Below are positions 31,306 to 42,477 of a DNA stretch of 64,000 nucleotides, one piece after another. The DNA is from Obrimoposthia wandeli (Eukaryota): assembly GCA_977020255.1 (NCBI GenBank), contig CDROCS010006706.1, positions 1 to 64,000 on the forward strand, given 5' to 3'. The notes under the pieces are model-generated. The model had not been told where the DNA came from. It saw only the letters and a program-made list of their open reading frames with translations, and made no database searches. The stretch's first letter is position 1. Each line of letters begins with the position of its first letter. The translations under genes and the position numbers were made by a program.

Positions 31306-34119
31306 ATGAGTGATTACAAACAGACATTAAATTTACCAGAAACCGCGTTTCCAATGCGTGGTAATTTAGCTAACCGCGAACCCGCTATGTTAAAAGCATG
31401 GCAGGATATCGATTTATATCAGAAAATTCGTGAAATTAGCGCTGGTCGTCCTAAGTTTGTACTGCACGATGGGCCTCCGTACGCGAACGGTGACTTGCAC
31501 ATTGGTCATGCTGTTAACAAAATTCTAAAAGACATGATCCTTAAATCTAAGACGCTGAGTGGCTTTGATGCACCTTACGTACCAGGTTGGGATTGCCATG
31601 GTTTGCCTATAGAGCATAAAGTTGAAACGATGATTGGCCGTGCAGGTACAAAAGTACCTTACGCAGAGTTTCGTAAAAAGTGCCGCGAATATGCTGCTAA
31701 GCAAATTGAAGGACAAAAGAAAGATTTCATTCGCTTAGGTGTGCTTGGCGATTGGCAAAACCCGTATTTGACCATGAACTTTGATACTGAAGCGAACATC
31801 GTTCGTGCATTGGCTAAAATAGTCGAAAACGGCCATTTGGTGAAAGGCTATAAGCCTATCTACTGGTCTGTGGTAGGACAGTCAGCACTGGCTGAAGCAG
31901 AAGTCGAATATCAAGATAAAACATCCACTTCGTTAGATGTTCGCTTCCCTCTTGTTGATCAAGCAGGCGCTGAACAAGTTTTTAGCAGTGTGGCTGGAAG
32001 CAAAGGTGAAGGTGAAATTTCCCTCGCTATATGGACAACAACGCCTTGGACAATTCCTTCTAACCAAGCGGTATCAGTACATGCTGACCTTTCATACTCT
32101 TTAGTTCAATATGCAGATGAGCGCTTGGTATTAGCATCTGATTTAGTAGAGTCAGTGGCTAATCGTTGGGGAGTTGAGCCGTTTACCGTGTTAGCGACTT
32201 GCGAAGGTAGCGCACTAGAAGGGATGTTGATGGAGCACCCTGTGTATGACAAGCAAGTACCTATTCTATTAGGCGAGCATGTAACAACGGATGCAGGTAC
32301 TGGAGCGGTTCATACAGCACCAGATCACGGTATGGAAGATTTCGAGGTCGGTAAAAAATACGGGATTGGTACTTTAAATTATGTACAAGGCAATGGCGTG
32401 TTTGTTGATGCAACAGGCGAATTTGCCGGCATACACGTTTATAAGGCAGACGCTCCGGTCTGTGCGGCATTAGAGCGCGAAGGGAAATTACTTTTCCAAG
32501 AGAAATTTAAGCATAGTTTCCCACATTGCTGGCGTACTAAAACCCCGCTTATCTATCGCGCGACACCGCAGTGGTTTATCTCAATGACCGAGAAAGGCCT
32601 GTTAGCAGATGCTAAAGAAGCGGTCAAAGGTGTACGCTGGGTGCCGAGCTGGGGCCAGCAACGTATGGAAGGGATGTTGGAATCAAGCCCAGATTGGTGT
32701 GTTTCACGCCAGCGTACTTGGGGGGTGCCAATTACTTTATTCACGCATAAACAGACAGGAGAGTTACATCCTAATACTGTCGAGTTGATGGAAAAAGTAG
32801 CACTAGAGATAGAAAAAACGGGCATTGATGCCTGGTATGAGCTCGATGCAACTAGCTTACTTGGAGATGATGCAGATAACTGGGATAAAGTAACAGACAC
32901 TTTAGATGTATGGTTTGATTCAGGTGTTACACATCATAGTGTATTACGTACCCGTAAAGAGCTTACTTTCCCAGCAGATATTTACCTTGAAGGTTCGGAT
33001 CAACATCGTGGTTGGTTCCAGTCTTCATTAAAAACCTCTATCGCTATCAATGGGGTTGCACCTTATAAGCAAGTACTTACTCACGGCTTTACCGTTGATG
33101 AGAAAGGCTACAAAATGTCAAAGTCATTAGGTAATACTATCGTTCCTAAAGAAGTGACAGATACGTTAGGTGCTGATATTTTGCGTCTTTGGGTTGCTTC
33201 TACTGACTATGCCAATGAAATGTCGGTCTCTAAGCAAATACTGCAGCGCACAGCTGATACTTATCGTCGTATCCGTAATACATCACGCTTTTTGATGGCG
33301 AATTTAAATGGCTTTACGCAAAACGATGCGATTGAATTTAATGAGCTAGTTGCATTAGATCAATGGGTGATTGATAGAACCGCTAAGTTGCAGAAAGAAA
33401 TTATTGGTCACTATGAGAACTATGAGTTCTTACAAGTAAGCCAGAAAATATCGCATTTTTGTTCATTAGATTTAGGTGGCTTCTACTTAGATATCATCAA
33501 AGATCGTCAGTATACTTCAGGTGCCAACTCTAACGCGCGCCGTTCAGCGCAAACAGCTCTTTATCATATTGCTGAAGCACTGGTCCGTTGGATTGCGCCA
33601 ATCTTAAGCTTTACAGCAGATGAGATTTGGCAGCATTTGCCGGGTGAGCGCAGTGCCTCAATACAATTAGAGACTTGGTATACTGGTTTAACGCAAATGT
33701 CATCTGACGCAGCGCTAAGTACAGACTATTGGCAGCAAATAATGCTAATTAAAACAGCGGTCAACAAAGAGTTAGAAGCGCAACGCGGTGCTGGCGTTAT
33801 CGGTAGTAGCTTAGCGGCTAAAGTGACTTTATTTGCCGATCCGCAACTTAAAGAAGCACTAGATCATTTAAAGGATGAGCTTCGTTTCGTACTTATTACG
33901 TCTGAAGCGAGTGTTGAAACATTAGAGAAAGTCACTTCAGCGGCAGTTGTAAGCGATATAAATGGCTTAAGCATTTTAGTAGAGAAGCTGGATGCGACTA
34001 AGTGCGAACGCTGTTGGCATCATCGAGAAGACGTAGGAAGTCATGATAGCCATGAGCAGCTTTGTGGCCGTTGTATCGAAAACGTTGAAGGTGAAGGTGA
34101 GTTCCGAGAGTTTGCTTAA
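31306..34119 (+). CDS. ileS: Isoleucine--tRNA ligase
   Basis: [15 protein letters not shown] (HIGH), KMSKS, C-terminal Zn finger CERCWH...CGRC. Confidence 0.98.
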   Translation: MSDYKQTLNLPETAFPMRGNLANREPAMLKAWQDIDLYQKIREISAGRPKFVLHDGPPYANGDLHIGHAVNKILKDMILKSKTLSGFDAPYVPGWDCHGLPIEHKVETMIGRAGTKVPYAEFRKKCREYAAKQIEGQKKDFIRLGVLGDWQNPYLTMNFDTEANIVRALAKIVENGHLVKGYKPIYWSVVGQSALAEAEVEYQDKTSTSLDVRFPLVDQAGAEQVFSSVAGSKGEGEISLAIWTTTPWTIPSNQAVSVHADLSYSLVQYADERLVLASDLVESVANRWGVEPFTVLATCEGSALEGMLMEHPVYDKQVPILLGEHVTTDAGTGAVHTAPDHGMEDFEVGKKYGIGTLNYVQGNGVFVDATGEFAGIHVYKADAPVCAALEREGKLLFQEKFKHSFPHCWRTKTPLIYRATPQWFISMTEKGLLADAKEAVKGVRWVPSWGQQRMEGMLESSPDWCVSRQRTWGVPITLFTHKQTGELHPNTVELMEKVALEIEKTGIDAWYELDATSLLGDDADNWDKVTDTLDVWFDSGVTHHSVLRTRKELTFPADIYLEGSDQHRGWFQSSLKTSIAINGVAPYKQVLTHGFTVDEKGYKMSKSLGNTIVPKEVTDTLGADILRLWVASTDYANEMSVSKQILQRTADTYRRIRNTSRFLMANLNGFTQNDAIEFNELVALDQWVIDRTAKLQKEIIGHYENYEFLQVSQKISHFCSLDLGGFYLDIIKDRQYTSGANSNARRSAQTALYHIAEALVRWIAPILSFTADEIWQHLPGERSASIQLETWYTGLTQMSSDAALSTDYWQQIMLIKTAVNKELEAQRGAGVIGSSLAAKVTLFADPQLKEALDHLKDELRFVLITSEASVETLEKVTSAAVVSDINGLSILVEKLDATKCERCWHHREDVGSHDSHEQLCGRCIENVEGEGEFREFA

Positions 34120-34150
34120 GCTTCTGTAAAGTATTGAAATGATTTAAAAG

Positions 34151-34183
34151 AAAGGAGTACAATTGGAAAATTGTGCTCCTTTT
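34151..34183 (+). terminator. Hairpin/terminator between ileS and lspA
   Basis: AAAGGAGTACAAT...TTGTGCTCCTTTT. Confidence 0.6.
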
Positions 34184-34215
34184 GTTTATGAGCTGTAAAA
34201 AAGTTAGGGATTAAA

Positions 34216-34743
34216 ATGCAACAAACGGCAACAAAAGGAACTCGCTCGCTTATTTGGCTGTGGCTAGCAGGTTTAGTGTTAGCATTAGATCGATTAAGTA
34301 AAGTGATAGCGCAAGAGAATTTAATTTACGCTGACGCCAATCCTATTATACCGGGATTTTTTGATTTAACTTTGTTGTATAACAAAGGGGCGGCTTTCGG
34401 ATTCTTAGCAGACGCTGGTGGCTGGCAACAATGGTTGTTTGCAATACTAGCAATTGTAATGAGTGTTATTCTAACTATTTGGATTAAGCGGACACCGCGC
34501 GAAATATGGTGGCTAAATGCTGGACTAGCGCTAATTCTAGGCGGAGCGCTCGGTAATTTATACGATAGGATAATGCTCGGTAAAGTGGTTGATTTTCTGT
34601 CTTTTCATTTTGGTAGTTATAGTTTTCCGACCTTTAATTTAGCTGATATTGGGATAAGCTGCGGTGCCTTTTTGTTAATAGTTGATATGCTGTTCTTTGA
34701 GAAAAAAAGACTAGCGCAGCAAGATAAGGAAAATAATGAGTAA
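34216..34743 (+). CDS. lspA: Lipoprotein signal peptidase II
   Basis: NKGAAFG, GGALGNLYDR, VVDF, FNLAD. Confidence 0.96.
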   Translation: MQQTATKGTRSLIWLWLAGLVLALDRLSKVIAQENLIYADANPIIPGFFDLTLLYNKGAAFGFLADAGGWQQWLFAILAIVMSVILTIWIKRTPREIWWLNAGLALILGGALGNLYDRIMLGKVVDFLSFHFGSYSFPTFNLADIGISCGAFLLIVDMLFFEKKRLAQQDKENNE

Positions 34744-35164
34744 TATAGTACCTGAATCTAACGTTGAGCTATTTTTTGAAATTAGATTAGCAGATGGATC
34801 AATCGTCGATAGCAATTTTAAGCAAAAACCCGCCGTTTTCAAAATAGGTGATGGTAATATGCTGGCAGGTTTTGAGTCGGTACTAATGGGTTTAGCCGCG
34901 GGTGATAAGCAAGTGTTTACACTACAACCAGAGCAAGCTTTTGGTATGCCCAATCCCAGTAATATGCAAAGTGTGAATCGTTCTAAGTTTACGGATATGG
35001 ATTTAGAAGTGGGTTTAGTAGTCTCTTTTCAAGACCCAAGTGGAGAGTTGCCCGGGGTTGTTAGTGCTATAGATGATAGCGAAGTGCTGGTTGATTTTAA
35101 CCACCCGTTAGCAGGGGAGGTGTTAGAGTTTCAGGTAGAAATAGTAAATGTTTTTGGCGATTAG
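34736..35164 (+). CDS. fkpB: FKBP-type peptidyl-prolyl isomerase SlpA/FkpB
   Basis: VDFNHPLAG; follows lspA. Confidence 0.93.
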   Translation: MSNIVPESNVELFFEIRLADGSIVDSNFKQKPAVFKIGDGNMLAGFESVLMGLAAGDKQVFTLQPEQAFGMPNPSNMQSVNRSKFTDMDLEVGLVVSFQDPSGELPGVVSAIDDSEVLVDFNHPLAGEVLEFQVEIVNVFGD

Positions 35165-35217
35165 CCGCTAGATTAATAAACAATAATAAATGCCTAGGGC
35201 TTACTTGGAGTGTAAAT

Positions 35218-35635
35218 ATGAAGCAAAAAGGTATGACTTTAATTGAACTAATGATTGTAGTGGCCATCATAGGGATTATCTCGGCTATTGCCTATCCAGC
35301 TTATCAATCGTATATTCAAGAAGCAGACGACGCACGGCAGCTCAGGTGAATTACTTGAAATGGCACAATGGATGGAGCGTCAATACCGTTAACCGGGTTC
35401 TTACCCTCTATCAGCAAATGGATCGCTAGCACCCGGGATTTTTTCTAACAATGAGGAGTTTACATGCCGCCACTATTAATACCTGCAGGTGCTACGGTTT
35501 ATCAGCCTTTACGTTACGTGACGCTACTGCGCAAGCCAAAATGCGGTGCAAAATCAAGATACAACAACGGTTGACTAACAGCGGTAATGCAAGTGAAATA
35601 CTTCAGGTGCGGTAGCGGATTGTTGGAGGAATTAA
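35218..35635 (+). pseudogene. pilE: PilE-like type IV pilin, multiply frameshifted (decay or assembly error)
   Basis: [36 protein letters not shown], then shifted fragments ELLEMAQWMERQY and C-terminal TSGAVADCWRN*; not in the ORF track. Confidence 0.8.
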
Positions 35636-35659
35636 TGCATATTATCCAAGGCATTATAA

Positions 35660-36208
35660 ATGCAGGTTAGGCAACGAAAAAAAGATCGGGGATTTACACT
35701 AGTTGAGTTGATTATTACAGTGGCGATGTTGGCGATTCTGCTTGGATTGGCTGTGCCCAGTTTTAATTCCACTTTGTCAGGGCGCGGCAGCAGTGATACC
35801 TTAATTACGGCGATTTACTACGCGCGTAGCGAAGCTATTTCGCGTAACACTATAATTAGTTTGTGTGCCAGCATTGATGGCAACACATGCCAGGGAGCTG
35901 CGACTTCTTGGAATAGCGGATGGATAGCAATAGATACCACTAATACAGTGTTAAAATATTGGAGAATGGCTGATAATCGTCGAGAAATACAGTTAGCAAT
36001 AGGTGCCACTGCTCATGATAGCAGGCAAGTTAGGTTCGATGCTTTAGGCGATGCCAGCTTATTTATTGCACCAAATAATACAGTCGTAGGTGCGTTTGAG
36101 TTTGACCTTGAGATACAAGGTTGTGAAGCGCCTCAATTAGGCATTCATCGAGAGATAATTGTTCAACCTTGGGGAGCAATTGATGTGGATACTGAGAATT
36201 GTTCATGA
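35660..36208 (+). CDS. fimT: FimT/FimU (GspH-like) minor pilin, set 1
   Basis: RGFTLVELIIT, YARSEAISRN. Confidence 0.88.
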   Translation: MQVRQRKKDRGFTLVELIITVAMLAILLGLAVPSFNSTLSGRGSSDTLITAIYYARSEAISRNTIISLCASIDGNTCQGAATSWNSGWIAIDTTNTVLKYWRMADNRREIQLAIGATAHDSRQVRFDALGDASLFIAPNNTVVGAFEFDLEIQGCEAPQLGIHREIIVQPWGAIDVDTENCS

Positions 36209-36666
36209 TAAAAAACATCTTTATGTCTGAGCGAGGCTCCACTTTAATAGAGGTATTAATTACAGTATTAGTGGTGTCTATTGGTTTGTTAGGGATGTCT
36301 AGTTTGCAACTGAAATCCACAGCGTTGAATCACGACAGTTCAGTGAGGACTGATGCCGCTAATTTGGCCAATGACATTGCTGCTAGGCTTTACGTCAATG
36401 CCTTAACGGCGAGTTCTGGGTTATATACTATTGCCCTTGGTGCTGCAAAAACTGCGGCTGGTGATGTTGATACCGTTGCCGAAGAAGACTTAAATCGCTG
36501 GGCGGATAGCGTAGCACGATTTTCGGGCCAGTTTTCTATTTCTAATGTAGTAGCTAATGCAGGTAAACCAGCCTTTTATGCAGTGAGAGTGTGTTGGCCG
36601 AGCAAATTCTTAGCGGCTCAAAGCCCCTGTGATAATAGCTTTAGCTACGAAGCAGTACGCAAATGA
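36205..36666 (+). CDS. pilV: PilV minor pilin, set 1
   Basis: RGSTLIEVLITVLVVSIGLLGM; ATGA overlap with fimT. Confidence 0.85.
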   Translation: MIKNIFMSERGSTLIEVLITVLVVSIGLLGMSSLQLKSTALNHDSSVRTDAANLANDIAARLYVNALTASSGLYTIALGAAKTAAGDVDTVAEEDLNRWADSVARFSGQFSISNVVANAGKPAFYAVRVCWPSKFLAAQSPCDNSFSYEAVRK

Positions 36667-37526
36667 TCAGTTATAACAGTACTATCACCGCAGTAAGACG
36701 TAATCGTAAGCTACGGTCTAAGATGTTTAATCAAAACCGAAAAAATGCACAAAAAGGCTTTTCTCTGATAGAGTTGATGATAGCAGTGCTGATTGGGATA
36801 TTTTTGATCGGAGGATTAATCGGAGTATTTATTGCCTCAAGTAATACTTACAGAGTACAGCAAGCGCAAACAGAAGTGCAGCAACTTGGTCAATATGCCT
36901 TACGTTGGCTGAACGGGGATATCAATCGTGCTGGTTTTCAAATGGATTGGGAACACACTTTCCCACCAGTGCGATGGCTAGCCACAGATGTGGTTAACTA
37001 TCCTGCCACTGCTACCAATATATTAGAAGTATATTGGCGCGATTCAACTGACGGAGATGTCAACCGTAATAGTTATTACCAAGTCAATGATGCGCTTTTT
37101 CTTAGAGAAACTGATGATGTTTTGGGTGCAAATGTATTTATTGACTCGCAGTTAGCTTCAAATATAGCACAGCTTAATTATCGATTCGCTGCTAATGTGC
37201 ACGATAGCGGTGATGAAGCACAAGCGGATATTGACTGGTTGCCAAGACCGGGCATTGGAGCGGGTAGCACAGCGTATATAGATGAAACTGAGTACACTAT
37301 TATGGTAGCTGCAAACAGTGTTAGTTGGCACCAAGTAAAAGCAATATCACTGGATTTGGTAATAGCTAGCGCAACGGAAAATATTACAGATACTCCACAA
37401 GTATTAAATACATTTAATTTAGATACTGGTACGAGTGGCGCCTTACCTACAAATTTGTCTAGCAATGAGTTGCGGTTATATAAAGGCTTTACCTCAACAA
37501 TATCTATTAGGAATCGGATTAAGTGA
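36663..37526 (+). CDS. pilW: PilW minor pilin, set 1
   Basis: KGFSLIELMIAVLIG; start could be 36723. Confidence 0.85.
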   Translation: MISYNSTITAVRRNRKLRSKMFNQNRKNAQKGFSLIELMIAVLIGIFLIGGLIGVFIASSNTYRVQQAQTEVQQLGQYALRWLNGDINRAGFQMDWEHTFPPVRWLATDVVNYPATATNILEVYWRDSTDGDVNRNSYYQVNDALFLRETDDVLGANVFIDSQLASNIAQLNYRFAANVHDSGDEAQADIDWLPRPGIGAGSTAYIDETEYTIMVAANSVSWHQVKAISLDLVIASATENITDTPQVLNTFNLDTGTSGALPTNLSSNELRLYKGFTSTISIRNRIK

Positions 37527-38014
37527 TGAACACTCAGGAGCCCCAAAACAGTCAATATTACCAACAGGGGGCGGCGTTAATCATAGGTTTGATATTTTTG
37601 GTGGTAATGTCTATTATTGGTTTGTCTTCGATGCGTAATGTATCAGTGCAAGAGCAAGTAAATGGCAATATTGTTAATAAGAAACATGCACTGCAAGAAG
37701 CCGAGTCAGCTCTGCGACAAGCAGAAAAAGCGACTTTACCTGGCGTGTTCGCCTACCCAGATTACTTGTTGATGGTAATAGATGATCCAAGTTTGGCGAT
37801 GACTGATGCACAGTTACTAGATGCTGCTAATTGGGATTGTGGAAAAAATAATATAGATTGGAAGAAACGTTGCATTCAACTGCAAGGTGCAGGTGTTGGC
37901 CCTATGATTAAATTTGAATATATTAACCAAGAAGATGATTTTTATCGGATAACAGTACGTTCTGTCGATAAAGGCAATACAGTGGTAACTATCCAGTCAG
38001 TTTTTAAAAGATAA
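37523..38014 (+). CDS. pilX: PilX minor pilin, set 1
   Basis: QQGAALIIGLIFLVVM (no E5, typical of PilX), QEAESALRQAE. Confidence 0.85.
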   Translation: MMNTQEPQNSQYYQQGAALIIGLIFLVVMSIIGLSSMRNVSVQEQVNGNIVNKKHALQEAESALRQAEKATLPGVFAYPDYLLMVIDDPSLAMTDAQLLDAANWDCGKNNIDWKKRCIQLQGAGVGPMIKFEYINQEDDFYRITVRSVDKGNTVVTIQSVFKR

Positions 38015-38032
38015 GTAAATAGAGGATGTGAT

Positions 38033-41000
38033 ATGTTCAGGTCTTATAAAAAAATTAATATATGTATCGTACTTTACTTCGCTGCAAGCTTTAACTTAGT
38101 GGCAGGTGAACTAGTCCTTTCAGATATCCCTATTTATAATAAAGAATATGTGCCACCCAATGTTATGATACTGATGGACTCTTCAGGTAGTATGGCCTGG
38201 GACTTGGATGGTGCCACGACAAGTGTTGTAAGTGATCAACGTATAACGATTGCTAAAGCCGCTGCCGCAAATATTATAAACCAAACAGCGAAGGTTAAAT
38301 TTTGTCTTTCAAGATTTAATTCTGGATGGGATAGTTCTAACAACAAATACAAAGACGGTGGAGAGATTCTCGCCGAGTGTAAGTATCCAGCTGATAACGA
38401 TATCATTGCAAAGTTAAATGGTATTAGCGCTGGTGGAGGCACGCCATTAGCTGAGAGCTTTTATGAGGTTACGAGTTACTTTAAAGGTGGTAATTCGATT
38501 TATAATTCCGGCGTGTCCTATGCCAGCCCTATCACTAATAGATGCCAAAAAAACTATACCATCGCGCTAACAGATGGGCTCCCCTCTACAGATAATACCT
38601 TCCCAGGTATTGTAAAAGACTATGATGGTTTGCATCCGGACACCACTGCTAACACTACCAATACTTACCCTCAGTATTCGGATGGTTTTGGCGGCAACGA
38701 GAATAGCGCTGGCGCAACTTTATACTTGGACGATATTGCCAAATACGCCTATGAAACAGATCTTAAAGATACATCTGATCCTGATGGGGGGGGAGGTAGT
38801 TACAATCTAGCTCCTTTTTCCTTACAAAACATGATTACTTATACTATTGGTTTTGGTTTCGGTAAGGATGCATCTGGCAATGATATCGACGTCCAAATGT
38901 TAGTAGATGCAGCGGAGTACGGCAATGGAGAAAACTTCAATGCGAATGATGTCGATGCACTAGGTGCTTCTTTTGGTGCAATACTGAAAGAGATAACTGG
39001 CGAAAGCCAATCAGTGGTTGCGGCTACATCGAGTTCAGGTACTCTAAGCACCGATTTTAAAGTTTATCAAACTCGTTACACTTCAGGGGATTGGCGGGGC
39101 GAGCTAGTTGCTTGGAACATCGAAAAAACAGTGACTAGCGGTGTTGCTTCTTATCGTATTAGTTCAGTGCCTGAATGGATCGCTCCTCGAAAAGATGGCC
39201 CATATAAAGTGGTTTCAGCAAATAGTCGAGTACTGTTGACCGGGTATAAAGGCGGAAAGCGTTTTCGCAGTGCCACCTTTAAAAATAATCCAGAGTGGGA
39301 TGAATGGTTTGACGAAGATTCTAATATCATTAAGTTTTTACGCGGTAATAGTAATGCGGTCAATGTTAGGCAAGTAGAGCTTCCTATGATCGGTGACGTC
39401 GTAAACTCTAGCCCGTTATATGTGGGTGCACCAGCTAAAGCGCTGTATAAAGATGATGATCCAGCTTTTAGTAGCGCAAAGTACTCAGAATACTACACCG
39501 CAAATGCTGCGCGTAAAGCAATGATCTACTTAGGAGCAAACGATGGTATGCTACATGGATACGAAGCGCTAACGGGTTTGGAAAAACTGGGCTATTTCCC
39601 AACAAAGGTTTTGCCTAACGTAAAGAAGCTGGCATCTGTAAACTATCAACATAACTTTTATGTAGACGGCACCCCGTCCGCAGCAGAAGTGTTTGATCAT
39701 GTAGATGGTAAATGGCGTACCATTTTAGTTGGAGGATTGCGCCGTGGTGGTCAGGGGATTTATGCATTAGACGTTACAGACCCTAACTTTGTGTGGACTG
39801 ATGAAGCGGCAAGCAAAACAGTACTATGGGAATTTGATGATTCAAATGATGTGAATTTAGGCTATACCTATTCTCAACCACAGGTTATGCGCCTAAATGA
39901 CGGCAAATTTTATGTTGTTTTGGGTAATGGTTACAATAGTAATAACAGTATCGATGATACCAATGTTAGTACTGACGGAGATGCTGTGTTGTATCTGCTG
40001 AATATACATGACGGCAGCGTGGTAAAAAGCATGGCAGTCGGTAGAAAGATTGCGGAAGAATCCATCTTATTACAGGAATTTCAATGGTCTGGCAGCAGTG
40101 ACCGACCCTAGGCTGATGCAGGTATTGCAACAGCAACAGGCATGACAACAGGGTATGATAGAAAAATTGATTATATTTATGCAGGTGATTTGTTCGGTAA
40201 TGTGTGGAAATTCGACTTTATTAATTTGTAGACCCTGTGTGACCGAATAAATGGGCTTTAAGAGCAGCGCAAGATCCCGTTGTCGCAAATCCGCTAAAAT
40301 TATTTACAGCCTGTACTGGAGGCAATAATACGACAAGCTGTTTAACTGGTGCTTCGGACAACCATCAAAGTATTACTTCACCATTGAAACTGCAAAAGCT
40401 TGATAGTGGAAAGTATATGGTCTTTTTTGGAACGGGTAAATTATTAGAACCAGATGATGCTGATACGAATACAATAGCTACTCAAACTTTCTATGGGATA
40501 AAAGATCTCAATGAAACAGTGGCAAGAGGCGATCTATTGCAACAAAAAATTACTTATCAGGGAAGTGTTAATAACGCTTACAACGATGAAGTACGCTCCA
40601 CTAGCGATTATAAATTAACCACGCAGAAAGGTTGGTTTATTAATTTGCAAAGACCAAAGTATAGTTCTACCAACATAAACAGAATTTTAGATGGTTTAGA
40701 AACGGTTAGTTATGTTAACGAAGGAGAGCAGGTGCTAGCTCAGGCAAATGTCATTGATAATTATGTCAGTTTTTATACTCGAATTACAGATAACTTAGAA
40801 GATCCTTGCCGACCCGCGAGTAGTAACAGTTTTACAATGCAGCTCAATATTGAATCTGGTGGCCGACCTAGCTATAAATATTTTGACGCTAACAAAGATG
40901 GCACTATAGACGAGGATGACAGTTTTAAAACGGATAAAAAGAACGTGCTTGGAGAAGATAAATATGCAGTGTTTACTGGGCAAAGCGGTGGCAATGGCGC

Positions 41001-41157
41001 CGGAGCAGTTCACGTGAATATTACGGACGATAAAGGAGAAAATACTGGTGAACAGCTGGCTATTGAGCTAGATGGTGATGATGCAGGTACAGATATCAAA
41101 AAAGTGAAGAGTGGTAGTGGTGTGCGCCAATCTTGGCGAGAAATAATATCACCTTAG
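38033..41157 (+). pseudogene. pilY1: PilY1/PilC tip adhesin with vWA domain, interrupted by frameshifts/stops at about 40050-40390
   Basis: MIDAS DSSGS, GGTPL, LTDG; GANDGMLHG, YVDG; in-frame YIYAGDLFGNVWKFD after the stop at 40111; C-terminal part in another frame (VFFGTGK, DANKDGTID, RQSWREI). Confidence 0.88.
38786..38793 (+). repeat. G8 homopolymer in pilY1 coding sequence
   Basis: CCTGAT-GGGGGGGG-AGGT, currently in frame (PDGGGGS). Confidence 0.8.
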
Positions 41158-41192
41158 TTATGATTAACAGTATTAATTGGATAAATTTAGCT

Positions 41193-41460
41193 ATGAAAAA
41201 AATCAGTCAACTATTATTCATATTTCTCATTTTTAGTTATGCGAACATAAGTAATGCTGCAACGGCAGAAGGCATAATCATAAAAATTAGTACTTTTGCA
41301 GGTGAGTTTAATTTAGGTAAGCAGCGCTATAAATTAAAGAAAGGAGCTTTAAGCAGGTAATGAACTGCATACAAACATTATATAGATTTTTAATAACATG
41401 GCAGGTAAATTTTAATTTACATAGAGTTCAAGAAACCTAAATTGGGCGGCTACCGTGGAT
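41193..41460 (+). pseudogene. PilY2-like small exported protein, apparently frameshifted
   Basis: Signal peptide MKKISQLL...SNAA then EGIIIKI...FNLGKQRYKL, directly after pilY1; reading frame breaks at 41360; end approximate. Confidence 0.45.
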
Positions 41461-41939
41461 TACTACAAATTAAGTGTTTCACTAAGTGTAGTGTCGAAGT
41501 TTTGCATTTTAGTTTAATAATGACAGTAGAACACAGCGGCAATATAGCGATTTGGCGGCAGAACCTTTGCTTGGGTTGGGTACGACTACTACAAAGAGGC
41601 ATACTAAATTATTTTATAGTAACAAGCAGCTGCAAAGTAGGAGGGTGATTCGACCTATCCTTTAATTAATTTTAAGCTGCTTGTATCAGACTATTAATCC
41701 TCGGATTAACAAGATAAATACTCTGCTAAACACCCGCTGCAAAACTTTGATTTTGTTAAATTAAATTTACAAACTCTCTTTAAAACTCTATCTTCGCAGC
41801 ATCTTAAAAACGACAGCTTTCAATAAGCATAGTTTTCGGCAGCTTTTTGATTTATGATCTTATGATGAATGCAAGATAAATATTGCTAGGGCTTTGTGGT
41901 TTGTTTTTAAGTCATGGCCAATAATAAGTCATAAATTTA

Positions 41940-42455
41940 ATGATGAACAACAAGCAAGCAGGCCTGTCTCTGATAGAGCTCAGTGTAGTGCTATTACTGA
42001 TATCTATTTCCCTGACGGGGGTTGTCAGTATGATGTTGAAATCACAACAGCTGACAGCTCAGTCAATTCAAGAATTGGATATTCACTATCTAGTGGCTAG
42101 TTTGGCCAATAAAATGCAATTGAACAAAGCGCAAGCGCAGAGTGAAACTAGCCGCTACTTAATCACCGTGGACCGGCATAGCCTATTGCCAAGTAGCTGC
42201 TCTGGTTTAGAGCATTGCACCGAACAGCAGCAAGCGCTGCAGCATTTAAATACTTTCCAGCAATCTCTAGCCAGAATTTCAGCTGAGTATGCAGTTACCA
42301 TTTGCCACGACCAAACTTATTATGACGGAGCGTATCAAGGGGATGACGGTTGCGACAACCAGCTAGATAGTCCGCTGGTGATCAAAGTGTGGTGGAGAAG
42401 CACAGAAAATACCGATAATTTAGCCAAATTTTATGCACTTAATACTACTTTGTGA
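41940..42455 (+). CDS. pilV: PilV-like minor pilin, set 2
   Basis: QAGLSLIELSVVLLL; two Cys pairs; PLVIKVWW. Confidence 0.8.
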   Translation: MMNNKQAGLSLIELSVVLLLISISLTGVVSMMLKSQQLTAQSIQELDIHYLVASLANKMQLNKAQAQSETSRYLITVDRHSLLPSSCSGLEHCTEQQQALQHLNTFQQSLARISAEYAVTICHDQTYYDGAYQGDDGCDNQLDSPLVIKVWWRSTENTDNLAKFYALNTTL

Positions 42456-42477
42456 ACCTAGTTTGCCATTTTAAACA

